DNA of 64,000 bases from Antedon mediterranea (lineage: Eukaryota; Animalia; Echinodermata): assembly GCF_964355755.1 (NCBI RefSeq), contig NC_092674.1, positions 28,272,001 through 28,336,000 of the forward strand. Reading direction: 5' to 3'. A program made the translations under genes and the position numbers. The notes under the pieces were generated by a model. The model saw only the letters and a program-made list of their open reading frames with translations. It searched no databases and had not been told where the DNA came from. Positions 39,795-52,500 of the stretch are shown here, piece after piece. Each line of letters begins with the position of its first letter. Position 1 is the stretch's first letter.

Positions 39795-42700
39795 TTATCC
39801 CAAGTCAACACCGTCAGTTCCACAATAAACATTCACGTTTTCCACTTTACACGTGTCGGGATCGTTACAGAGACCAGGAAAGATTGCATTCAAGTCTTGA
39901 AACTGACTGATGAAGTTATTCTGGATTTCTAGTTTCCCTTCTGGTGATGCGCAACGGTCAGCATAATACTGGACACTCAGATCAACATTACCATTCGTTG
40001 GAACCGTTACTTTATAAAACAAAAGTACTAAATTAGTCTGATTCCACCATTTTCTATAAGCTTTAGTCACGGGGTGTATTTGGATGTTTATGAATATCAT
40101 AAACATGTATTAAATTTTGTTTTCATCTCCTTCGAATTTAAAGTTTGAATCCAATGCTTGTGTAACTTCATGATATAACAGTAACCATGATGATGTTAGC
40201 ATCTCAAGTAATCTTGATCTCAATAATTCACTATGATATAAAAAAAAGGATAACTTACCAGAACAATCTGGCCATGGAATTACAAACTCCATTGTGGAAT
40301 CTCTTGTAAATGATGGAAACAAAACCCATTCTGGCGTAGCACCAGTGGTAGAGCAGTAGTACAATTCCTCTGGCGTACGTGAAAAGTCAAAATCCTTCTG
40401 ACAGGAAACAGTGCAGAATTGACCTCCAAGCCAAGTCTCACAAGCGAGAGCTCCATTCAAAGGAGAGGGGTAAAAGGGGCATGAATGTTCTACAGAAAAA
40501 AGGTGTAATTTTATTTACGAACTACGGTTTGTAGGACAGAATAGGTAGAGGATGTAAACATGTTTACTTACGTCTAACCTGTACAAAGAAAGTACAGACT
40601 TCTAAGTTACCAGCCTCATCTCTACCCTCAATGCGTATTTCTTGTTTCTCACCCCTGTAGAACTCGCTCCCAGACTGCCTATGATGAGTGAGTATCACGT
40701 CTTTGTTGGAATTATCAATAAACACTGGGTCTTCCCAGGTTACACTTGTTTTATACGTATTACTGCTTTCAGTTATATCTTCAGGACAGGATACTAAGGT
40801 TGGTTTTTCCACATCTGCCATGTAAAAACAATTTATACTTTGTTTACCTAAAACTCTGAAACTCCAGAATATATTGAAACGATAATTTTGACAAATATAC
40901 AGATCCTGTAAGTAACAATATTACGTATATTGCCTTTCTTCATACTGAAATCGTAAAAAACTGACATTCTAACCTTTGACCGTTACTATAAAAGTACAGG
41001 GCTCAGACTCCACGTTATTGCCATCCGTTGCGGTGTATCGGACGGTTGTTTCACCGATTTCAAACGTATCCCCAGGATTGTTACTTGCATTGATGACAGG
41101 TTGAAGGCCGGAGTTATCAGTCGCTAATGGGGGTACCCACAATACCACTGCTGAGCTTAAGCCAGGGTCATTGCCCTGATCTATATTGTCTGGACAGTTC
41201 GTCAGCTCTGGAGCAGTTGCATCTATCAAAATAACAATAGATCATCAAACGATAAATACAATTAAAGCTATAATTAAAACCACAATTTGATAATCCAGAG
41301 TCAAGATTTGAACTCATTACTTTGGAATTGGTAACCAGGCAACATGGACGACTAATTATTAAGAAAAGCATATCTAACTAAGTACAAGTAAATCGTAAAA
41401 CATCAGGGTCAATACAGTACCTTCAGTTCCACAGTAAACATTAGCATTTTCCACTTTACATCTATTTGGATCGTTACAAATACCAGGAAAGAATCTATTC
41501 AAGTCTTGAAACTGACTGATCAAGTTATTCTGGATTTCTAGTTTCCCTTCTGGAGATGCACAGCGGTCAGCATAGTACTGCACACTCAGATCAACACTAG
41601 CATTTGATGGTACTATTACTATTAAAAACAAAACCAGTAAAATTAGTCTGATTTAATTTAGGTTTTTATTATTTTTGTGCGGATTTCATTTCAAAAGTAT
41701 ATATAATGGCATTCAAAAAAATATTTTTGCATATACAGTTATTATATTTCGTAACTTTTAAAACGGTTATATTGCTGTGTTAGCGCTAGTTAGAATTCGT
41801 TATGCATGCGTAATTAATACATGACGTAATACATCCGGGCATAAATAGAGAAGAAACTACACCCATCGTTCAGTGCGAGTACAGGTAATGCGTCATGGTG
41901 TGTAAGAAGCCAGAGATGTAAATAAAGGTGGAATGAATTAGCTGTACTTGACAGAGTAATTGACCGACATCAATTCTAGATTTAATTTTGTGGTTTCTGC
42001 TTTTCTAATAAGAAGTGGTTTCATCTGTATGACTCGTATTACATAATAAACACCAATGATATTTAGTAGCCCCAAGGCAACCCAACAACAGGACGCTGAG
42101 CTCGCCTTGCCAAGATAGGAACTTGTAACAGTCCTTTGATCTTATGTATAGGTGCGACAAATACCAACAGTACTGTACTATGTACATAATTATTCTCCGT
42201 GACAGTGTCTTTAAACCAAACATTTCAAGAAGACAATTAGCCAATCAAAAGGTATTAGGAGGCGTGGAACTGGTCATGTCGCAGCCAAAGAAACCCTTTA
42301 ATCTCCTCCGGAGATCAGTATCTTTGTTGTTAGATTGCTTTGGTAGTTCTATGATCAATGATACTCTTATCTATAATGCAATTAACTCTCGTCGGGATTC
42401 TCTAAACCTTCAAGCTGATCTGGACCGACTTGGTCTGTGGAGCCAACCAACTCGCATGCCTCTCAATGTTATGACGAATGTCCTGCATGTATACGTTGGT
42501 GTAACAGACAGTTGTCTAATTATCTTTTGGCTGGCTCTCCAATTCGTCCGGTGACATCTTTTAAATACCTTGGTGTTACTTTTAACTCAAAATTGACCTG
42601 GGATGACCATTTCCATGTCATTGTTTCCAAAGCTAAACGTGTGTTGGGCTTTGTTTGAAGTGTGGCTGGACAGTGCATTTTTGTCTTTGTACAAAGGTCT

Positions 42701-45700
42701 TGATTTGCCTGGTCTGGAGTATGCGCAACGTAACCTGCTTGGTTTCTATGGACGATGTCTTTGTAAGATCGGCTTGAGAGGGTCCATAGGAGAACAACTC
42801 GTCTTGCTCTTGCAGCATCGTGAACAGATGTGCTATGAGGAGAGGTTAAATTTGCTTTCAGTTTCATCTTTGTCCGTTAGAAGAGATACATTTCTTATTC
42901 TATTTTGTTTCAAAGTTCAGGTGGGTTTCTGGAATGCAGCACAGTTCATGACTGTATTTTAATAAATACCTGTCACAATGATCGCCTGTGCTTACGTCAT
43001 CAAGCATCAAGAACACAGGCTTTTTTTATTCGATAGCCATCAGATTACCCCGTGTCTGGGACCAGCTTCCCAGACCACTGACAGATGCTGCAGTCCAGAA
43101 AGCCCATTAGCCTTCATTAGAAAAGTTCACATTCATTTTGATTCGCTTTACCTGTATTTTGTGTCTTTTATGTGTAAACTGACTTTGGGGTTGGGTCAAC
43201 TGGTTCAGCTACAGTGATTAATTTGACTTATGTTGACCCTGGTCTCCCCAATTTCAGTTTTTTGGTTATATATAATTATACTGAAATAGACCGAATAAAT
43301 AATGAAATGAAAATGTTCTATGAATCTGTTATTTGAAATAGCAATCATCAAGAATTGCAAACAAAATTCTGAGAAAATAAAAAAAAAGAAAAAGTCCTTC
43401 TGAAAAAAAAATCATTGTGATTTATTTATTTATTTAATGTCTTTAGGCAATGTGGCCAAGGATTACCAATAGTGAATTAATCACTGTCCTATCAGATAGG
43501 TGGTAATCCCCCTGATACAGGGGCTATTGTGTGAACCAGTTCACCGGGGTAACCCCCTACTCTTTTTCGAATAATGAACTGGGTTCTTTAAAGTACACAC
43601 AGGTTATAACTGTGTACACTGGACCTACGGTTTATAGTCCTTATCCGAGAAAACTTGTTCCACCACCAGAACTAGGAGCGAGTCGGCCTCGAACCCTTGC
43701 CGATGTTGTTGTTGGCTCTTTAGGTACGGTAAACGGCGCCCCTGCCTTAACCGCTCGGCCATATGACATGTAAATGTCATTCGTTACCCAGACCCATACT
43801 TACACAGGACAACTCAATCTCAATAGAACAATTCACGTTAGTATATTAAAAACCATTGTTAGTACGACTAAGCCAAGACAAACTTACCAGAACAATTTGG
43901 CCATGGCATTATAAACTCCAACGTGGGATCCCTTGTGAATGATGGAAACATCGACCATTCTGTCCCATCACAATAGTACACTTCCTCTGGCGTGCTTGAA
44001 AAGTCAAAATTCTTCTGACAGGAAACAGTACAGAATTGAATTCCAAGCCAAGTCTCACAAGCGAGGGCTCCATTCAAAGGAGAGGGGTAGAATTGACATG
44101 GGTAAACTACACGAGAAACAAAATGGTACTTTAGTACTGTTTACTTGCAGATCAGAGCGACTCAAACACAGAAAGCACTTTAACATTACTAAATACGGAA
44201 CATATTAATTCATTAACTTTTCCATCCTTATGCGTGTTTTATTACGGTAATTGTTGAGATTTATCTTGTTCTTGGTTTTTTTTTTTATTATTCAAACATA
44301 TTATCAAATACTTGGTTGGCTTCTATGTAAAAGGTATATACATTAACCAAACATACGTTTTTGGCATGGGATATCGGCTGATGGATCTCCGATGTAGCCC
44401 TCGACACAAGTAGGCCTACAGTCAGTTTTACTTGTGCTTCCTTCAGATGCAGTGGTTGAATGCATTGGACATAGTGTGCAGTCTTGATTGCTATAGGACC
44501 CTTTGTATGTTCCAATAGCACATTCTAATTATGATTGAAAATAAGTACATAGATAAATAAATAAAACAAAATATGATAAAGTAGCCTCAGTGAGAAATAA
44601 AAATTACATTAATAATTATTACATTTAAGTGAACAATAATAACGATGATATTCATGTATACATATTTGTTTTGTGACGACCACGCTTGGTTCCCACTACA
44701 GACGCAACACAAGGAAGTAACGCAACGTAAGTCAGTTGACCAATCACAAGCGATGGCTTATTCGAACTGTCGCTTGTCATTGGTCAACACGCTTACATAG
44801 GGAACCAAGCCTAAGTAACTCTTACGTCTTATGTTACCTACGTGTACATTGTCCCTTAGTTCCTTCACCCGTATATCCTTCAGCGCATGCGCACTCTATA
44901 GAGCCACTATTCGTAGCGCAAGCACAAAGTGCGTTGGCATCACAACAGTCCGATCCAGCGTCACATATGGCATTACAAACAGACCCATCGATATTATAGT
45001 CCCACGAGTCCGAATCTTGCACATCTTTAAATTGAAATAGACTGATTAAGTAACATGAAATGTGTCGCATATCATTCCAGTACTGCTGTACGAGTCTGGT
45101 ACCAGTTCATGCAACAAAAAATAATCCCAAACCCGTGTCTCACCTCCTTTCAACCTAGAGGAAAGATCACTTATCTTCCCAGGTTGATCTAACAAGTAGA
45201 CGTTGTCCTCTGAAGCTATTCCAGTCAACTCGACTTGGTTGATTCCTTCACCAAGCCCGATGGAAAATATCGTTATTCCTTTGGCCTTCATCTCGTTAGC
45301 TTTAACTACAGGGTCACCTCCATTCGATTTTCCAGCAGTTAGAAGCATTACAAGTCTAGAACCAAAGATGATTATTCTTGATTTTTGTTTTAGTTTGAGC
45401 ACGACATACAGAAATATAATGCTGACAATGGGGGAAAATGAGAATAAGCATTGGAATTGCTTTTTCCAGAATTCACTCTTCCTTGTTTTCTTTCTCGAAT
45501 AGCCTAATTCTAAATGTAGTTGTTTTAGCTATTAGTGTAAAGGTTCATCTGGATCTCTGTATAGTATTGATAAATTTCATAAAGCTGTGTCGATGAACCA
45601 GCGAAAGCTCGAGTAAAAACATTAAAGTTTCCGATTTTATTCTCATTGGTTTTAGTTCTTTTTTAAGTTAATGATTTTTATTTAAAATGCTTTCAAACAG

Positions 45701-46401
45701 TCTTGGCGTATCGTTTTTCACCAACAGCACATTTTGATAACAATATCATTCAAACTTGATCAAACAAGAGAATATCATTAGGCCTATTTACTTTCAACAT
45801 TTTATATCCTTTTTTTATTTGATTGAATCTTTTTTTTTCTATTTTGTGGGTTTATCCCACATTTATTCTGTCCATTTATACATAAATTACATAGAATTAT
45901 AGTCTTAATCCTGAATTATATTATTTAATTTTATACTAACCTTGGAGCACCAGGTCTGCCATTTGCCAGAATATTATCAGCTCGATTGAGAGCTCCTAAA
46001 GTGTATCTTCCACCTCCAGTGTAAGGCAGATCATCTTCAAGCTGTCCAAGAAGCGTACACTTATTTTTACCAGTAGGTTCAGTGATATGATCTATCCTCG
46101 TATAAATCTGCGTACCCGACGAATACGACACGATCGCGACACGAGCTGTATCCGCTGACACGGTGAATATTGTTGAAATCTGACGAACAAAGTCCACCTC
46201 TAAAGGCCATCTAGAAGCTCCAATACTATCAGAACTATCCAGAAGGAATACAATTTCACTTGGCGCGTTCTGGAATTCTTCGAGATTACCCAGCAGTCTC
46301 AACGCGTTTTCTTCCACTTGATCTTGGCATCGACCAAATGTTATAACAATTGCAAAACAGACGGCCTGGCAGAGGCGGTATTTAGAGCCTAAAGACAGCA
46401 T
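39795..46401 (-). CDS. Gene B: short exon-shuffled paralog of gene A, 10 exons, ~792 aa (SP-vWA*-Cys-rich/GCC-[Sushi-like+X]-HYR-HYR-[Sushi-like+X])
   Basis: Exons 45941-46401, 45144-45355, 44842-45024, 44357-44524, 43888-44106, 41421-41618, 40974-41222, 40572-40814, 40259-40489 and 39795-40009 (TAA). All have GT/AG and compatible phases, sum to 2379 nt, and show no internal stop. AATAAA lies on the minus strand at about 39671-39676. Confidence 0.8.
42340..43312 (+). mobile_element. Degenerate LINE (CR1/L2-like) 3' fragment in an intron of gene B
   Basis: LQADLDRL, FKYLGVTFNSKLTWDDH, LEYA and YEERLNLL occur in shifting frames, followed by a 3' stem-loop and a (GAAAT)n tail. Confidence 0.75.
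43440..43762 (-). mobile_element. tRNA-derived SINE, same family as 2831-3050
   Basis: Reverse complement has TGGCCGAGCGGTTAAGGC, GGTTCGAGGCC and the GATAAGGACTATAAACCGTAGGTCC core. Confidence 0.72.
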
Positions 46402-47409
46402 GTCTTACGCTGGTCAACTTTACTGCATTACTGTCTTTCGTAAGTGATCTATTCTGAATTTCATACCGTAGGCCTACACTTCCTTTCCTAGCAATCGTTT
46501 CCGTTCACCCTGGAAAAGGGGCAAGCTAGGGAATTTGCACAACTTTACCGCACAAACCGCACACATTTTCGGGATTAGCCTACATATACAGTAATCCAAA
46601 TGTACCTGAAATTGATATGGTTACCAATCAGGATTCGCACAAAATTCCAGTATGCATCAGCAAATACAAAACATACGATTCTGAAGAATGGCGATGGAAC
46701 CATAAAAATAAACCGCCTACTATTATAGGTCTATTTTTTTGTTCTTGAGCAGGGGGAAAATACTTGTACAAAGTGTAACTATACGTCTTGTATCTTTTTT
46801 GGGATGAAACACATTGGTCATCTCGGGATATTCCGATTATTTGTTTTTGATTGAATAAATAATAAGAAGAAATGTTTAATCATGTGAAACATGATGACAT
46901 ACGTTATATAACGTCATAATTTTACACTGAAAATGCTATGCCAGATCTGTTTGTGAGAAGCAAATGGCAAGTAGAGAAAAAAAAACACGGAGCAGCATGA
47001 CATTTCTTTTATTATTAACAATATATTTATATACAGTAAATCAAATTGGTTGAAACTAGAAAATAGGTATCTGAAGATTCTGGTGTAACCTTTTGTTACC
47101 TTTATGTTATAGAATGAACTCTATTTTGCCTTTGTCACTTGTTTTCATTTTTTTTTTCATCCTAGGCAATAAAACTAATGTAATTATTTCCTTGTTCCTG
47201 TGTTTAAACAGATAAAATCCACCGGGTCAATGTGAAAAGGGCCATTATCCCTATCCTATCACATATCCTGATCATATACAGCGATATGTGGTTATTATAA
47301 ACGTGGAGTTTACTTATTGTGTGGAAAATGTTGTGAAATTGATAGGACCGAATTATTCCAATGAATGGGTGTGGTGAGTTTTTTTAAAATAGAGACAATT
47401 TTATCCATA

Positions 47410-47895
47410 ATGGGGAAATTTCGTCCAGAAATAAGTGTCCAAAATAGACAAACTGTCCAATATCAAAAAATCCGATTTATTCAAAATGGGAAATTTTGTC
47501 CAGAATAGCGAAAGTTGTACTCTATTGTGTCACAAATAGAGAAACTGTCCAATATAGAGAAATTCAAATTTGTCAAAAATTGGGAAATTTTGTCCAGCTA
47601 ATAGAGAAAGTGCTGTGTCCAAAATGTCAAATTATAAAGAAATTCAGATTTTTCCAAAATGGGGAAATTTCGTCCAGAATAAGTGTCCAAAATAGACAAA
47701 CTGCCCAATATCAAGAAATCCGATTTGTTCAAAATGGGGAAATTTTTTCCAGAGCGAAAGTTGTACTACTGCATATTGTGTCACAAATAGAGAAACTGTG
47801 TCCAATAGAGAGAAAATCAAATTTTTAAAAAAATTGGGAAATTTTGTCCAGCTAATAGAGAAAGTGGTGTGTACAAAATGTCAAATATAAAGAAT
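47410..47895. repeat. ~230 bp direct duplication built from aaatggggaaattt..gtccagaat subunits
   Basis: 47410-47645 is repeated as 47658-47895. Confidence 0.75.
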
Positions 47896-49583
47896 TGTCC
47901 CCTCAAAATGTATTTCCCTTCGTTCACTCCATAAAAAGGTGTTTCATCCTTGAATAAGGGGATCCTAAGGAGGGGTTCTATTGTATTAGATAAACATTAG
48001 GACGGTACGGTAGTTTTGATGTATTGTTCGAAATGCGTGCTAGATAAGAGTGTACAAGTTATTGTTGATAAGATAATAGTGGTAAAATCCAAAGTAATGT
48101 GTTCGATAATAACAAGTGTCCACAATAGTATATATTTCAATAAACTTGTTTTACGACTTTTTAATGGCCCATTAAGTTATATTTAACATATGAGCATTGT
48201 TTGTTTTTTCTATTGAAGGCCTAAAAGTGAGAGATAGAATACTACAGTATATCCCGTCTTTGTGCGCCACAAGAGTACCCTGCTAACCCACTTACACACG
48301 GCACATAACTTACAGCAATGTTTTCTATGTCTTAAATAGTTCTTATCTCACACAATACAAACGTAAATATTGACTTGATAGCCAAAGAGCATTGATAATG
48401 ACAATGAATAATCGATTAATATCAGAAGTATCGTAAACACCTCTCGACCTATGGTTCCATTCAGGCGATCAACAACAGATTGTGTTGTGTTCTTTAGTTT
48501 CATGTGTTGATATTCAATTTCTACAATCTGAAAAGTACACTAAAGATTTTATTGTATCACTCCCTTTCTATGTACATAGCGACCTGTGACTGGTTACTAT
48601 GGAACATAAAGGCAGGTAAATACTACACTAGGTCACTACTTGACTATTATAGCGTTAGGCAAAGATTATGCTATCGTTATCTTAAGAACAGCGTGTTAAC
48701 TTGTGTAAGATACAAGCTTTTGATGACCGCTCTACACAAACCGTAATCCAGATTTCACCTTGTGAAAATCAAAGTGGATTTTAACTTGTATTCTGAGGTG
48801 AGTTTTCATTAACACATAATATGAATATATACAGTAAATCAGAATGTAAAAATGTAGGTCTATACTAAATAGCTTATTTTCAAACAAAACTATTACGCAG
48901 TATAGTGATTGGATGTAATAGATAATTGAAGAACGTGATCGTAAAAATGTAAACTGAATTTCTAATTTGGAAACAAAATTATTTAATGGAACTTAAACAA
49001 TTACAGTAAATTAAGTTAAGGTACCATTCGGCCTAACCATAGAAAATATAACATAAATATATTTTTTGACAGTTACTTTAAAAGAAATATTAAATTCTTT
49101 AAACAATTATAAAATTAGAAAGTTAACAAAAATGTTCAAATAATGGAACTATGTCTTTTTTTTAATAAAAAAAATGTTCTTGCCTCCCACAATTACATAC
49201 AGTACTGTTGGTATTTTTCGCAGTCCGGCATAAGATCAAAGGATTGTTACGAGTTCTTATCTTCGCATGGCGAGCTACTCAGTGTCCTGTCGTCGTTGTT
49301 TTGCGTCCACGTGGGAACCAAGCTTTAGGTTCCATCCTCGGCAGCCATGCCTGCCATATTTTTACTAGAAATAGTCTAAAGCTCTGTCTACACATCAAGA
49401 AAAATGTTATATGCCTAAATATGGTAATGACACGACATCATATGTCCATATATAGGCACATCACATTCTTTGTCACATAAAGTTTGACAGTGTAGACAGA
49501 GCTTTACTTTTCGTGAATATGTTTGTTTTCAGTGACTCAATCAATGCAGCTTAACACCAAAGACGCGTTCTTGTTGAATAGCA

Positions 49584-52500
49584 ATGAATCTTGACACAGA
49601 CCACGAGTTAGAACGCGTTCAACATTCGTCAACGCCGCACATCAAAAGACGAAATGCTGTTGGAGACATTACGGAAAATCTACACTCATCTCTACCAAAC
49701 ACACCAAACCACCACCACCATCCGGTAACACTCGTAGCACCAACCGGAAGTTACCATAGAATACCGGTACACAGACATACGCACCTAGCACGGAGTCCTA
49801 TATTTGGAAAAAGGGTAAGCGACTGTTTAAGGTTTTCAGATAAAACCGGGAGGAAATTTGTCGTCAATCTGGATTTTGACGAACCATCTTGTAACTATTG
49901 ATATAAAGTTTGTAACTAATTGTTTTTCTTACTCAAGAGATCTGTTGGGACATATTAACATAATTAGAATGGCCTAAAAACGTCAATATCTTGTAGGCTA
50001 GACTTGCCCTAAGTCTGAATTGTCTTTTTTATGTTAGTCCACCAGTCAGCGTTGCGACGTCTGCCTGAAACAGAGTAGTATACATATGAAACGCTATATG
50101 TGCCAAAATATTTATGCTTTTACTAAATATTAAGTATAAACTTCGTCTAGAATCAAACGTTAATTTACAAACGACCTATCACGTAACATGAGATAACAAA
50201 AACAACTCAACCAGAAGAACACGCCTAAACATCACGCATTTCCGTTTACTGAAAATTAATTTATCAACGTCAATACAATTAATGGGGTTTCAAATGTTTT
50301 GTTCTATTTCTGGATGTACAATGTTCACAACATACACATTGACATCATGACGTCATGGGTCTTACATTACGTGTAAACATTCGTGACTTGAATAAAAGTT
50401 CATGTTATATATGTACTAAACCTGAACGACAAAAGGAAGTCGTAGTCCGTCAGGCCATTCGTCAACAATGTCGATGGAAGTATACGCTAGAAGCCGCCGC
50501 AAACGGTTAAAGTATAAATCTGAACCGAAGATACTACCATCCGATAATGGGAGCAGCGAGTTAAACTGTAAAAATGCAAACGTAAATATTTAGTATTGTT
50601 TAGGCCTTAGTATTTCTGGTTGTTGTTGACGGAATGGCACGTTAAATAAGTAACACTACGGCTGCATATTACTGTTATTTTTTTTTCATTACAGGCAAAG
50701 ATAAAGTTCATCAAAGCCGTAAAGGTCGTCATATGTTTAGTAAAGTTTTTCGCAATTATTTTTAAAAAGTAAGTTATGTGTACACTATTAAGCCGTATTG
50801 TTAAATAGACCTAGCGTAAAGTGTTAGTATCAATTGATGGTAAATGGAAGATTACTAGTTACACATTTATATATACAAAGTCTGTTTTTTTACAGGAAGT
50901 CAAATGGGATATAAACGAAAGAGAACAATTTTATTCAACAAACTAGTCAACTAAAAAGTGTTAAAATTTTGTTTTTTTAGAACTAAGAACCAACCAAAGG
51001 AGACAATGTCCTTTACTGAGATTGCGCAGAACTTAGAATCAGACACAATGAAATACTCAGGTCTGTCGTTTGACCCCAGAATGTACAAAGCAAAACGAGA
51101 GGTATGTCAGCAATATTTTAAAAAACTGGTAACAAATTCGGAAGTGTATTTAACAGATTTTTCATAAATTATAAACGTTATAATAGACTAATCAATACTG
51201 AATCCTGCTTGGTTTAAAGGCGTAAATGAACCCCAAGCGAGTTGAACAATCACAAGCGACAGCGTTACTTCCAAAATATTATATCACCCACCCAAATACC
51301 AGATCCAAAAACAAAAAAAACCACTCTCAAACTTAGCTAAATTTATTCATGAAATTTGTATTTGTGTTAGTTAGATGTTGCTTTTCGATATATCAATTAT
51401 GTATAAGATCAAATATTTATGTCTGGAAGTGTTTAGTTATTTGTTTTTTTTATAAGATTGAAAGAATGTTCTTTCATACCCTGAAAAAGGGTCGATAAAG
51501 ATATAAAGGAATCATTGTCATTGTCATTGTCCATCGCGTCGTGTGATTGGTCAAATTACTTGCGTTGCGCTTACGTCCTAGTGGGAATCAAGAATATTAT
51601 TAATTATTTCGTAACATTTTGTATTTTGTTAGATAAATCTTAGTAATGATGTGAAGAACGTTCTTACTGTTCCAAGTGTTTATAGATCAACAGAGCAATT
51701 ACAAACGGTAAGAATTACACAATTACACCACTTTGACCAAAAATTGGATCTTAAACAAAAATTATTTACATGAAAAAACTGTAATTTAAAGCAAAAAATT
51801 GTCAAATTGGCTGCCAACCAAAAGATTTTTGATTGAATTTAACCATTTATTATGTTATTTTATAAGTGAAAATATTATTTTGTTAATCTTTTTTCTACGG
51901 AAGTGATTAACTTTATTAAAACTACAAAATAACCTAATCAAAGTATGATTTAAATAATTTAAATTTTTCATGTTTTTGGGGGACAATACATCTTTAATAG
52001 AGGTTGGTAGTGTTAAAACATAATATATACCCCCTTTGTCTGTTTCTGAGAAAGTGTTTTCTTAATAGGGTTCCCAATGGTGTCTAGGAACTCAGATCTA
52101 GAAAACTCTGATTTTCTAGACACCCGGTTCTCAATGGAGGGGTTCCATTGTAATAGGTGGTAATTCACTAATTTACAATTATAAAGAAACCAGTTTAATA
52201 AATTCGTATTTATATGCGCATTCAAATTTTAGTAAAACAATTTAGCCGAAAATATAGCCTCAAAAGTATAGGCCTTTCACGATTTTGCTGTTCTTTTAGG
52301 CACTTTATGGCTTACAAACAATGAAATCGTTTGCCGAGTATCCACTACATATGCAAGAAAAACTGGTAAAAGTGGCATGGTTTGAAAGGTAAGGATTTGA
52401 ACTTGCTTATATTATAAATTATTAGTAATGTAACTAGAAAAGATACCTCCCCACTCCCCCAACCTACCTATGAGCGATTTTAAAGGAGCAAATTCAATAT

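Noticed and set aside
39795-46401. Gene B as an assembly artefact (uncollapsed haplotype of gene A)
   Set aside because: The introns are entirely different, the exon order is rearranged and extra diverged exons are present, none of which allelic haplotypes would show.
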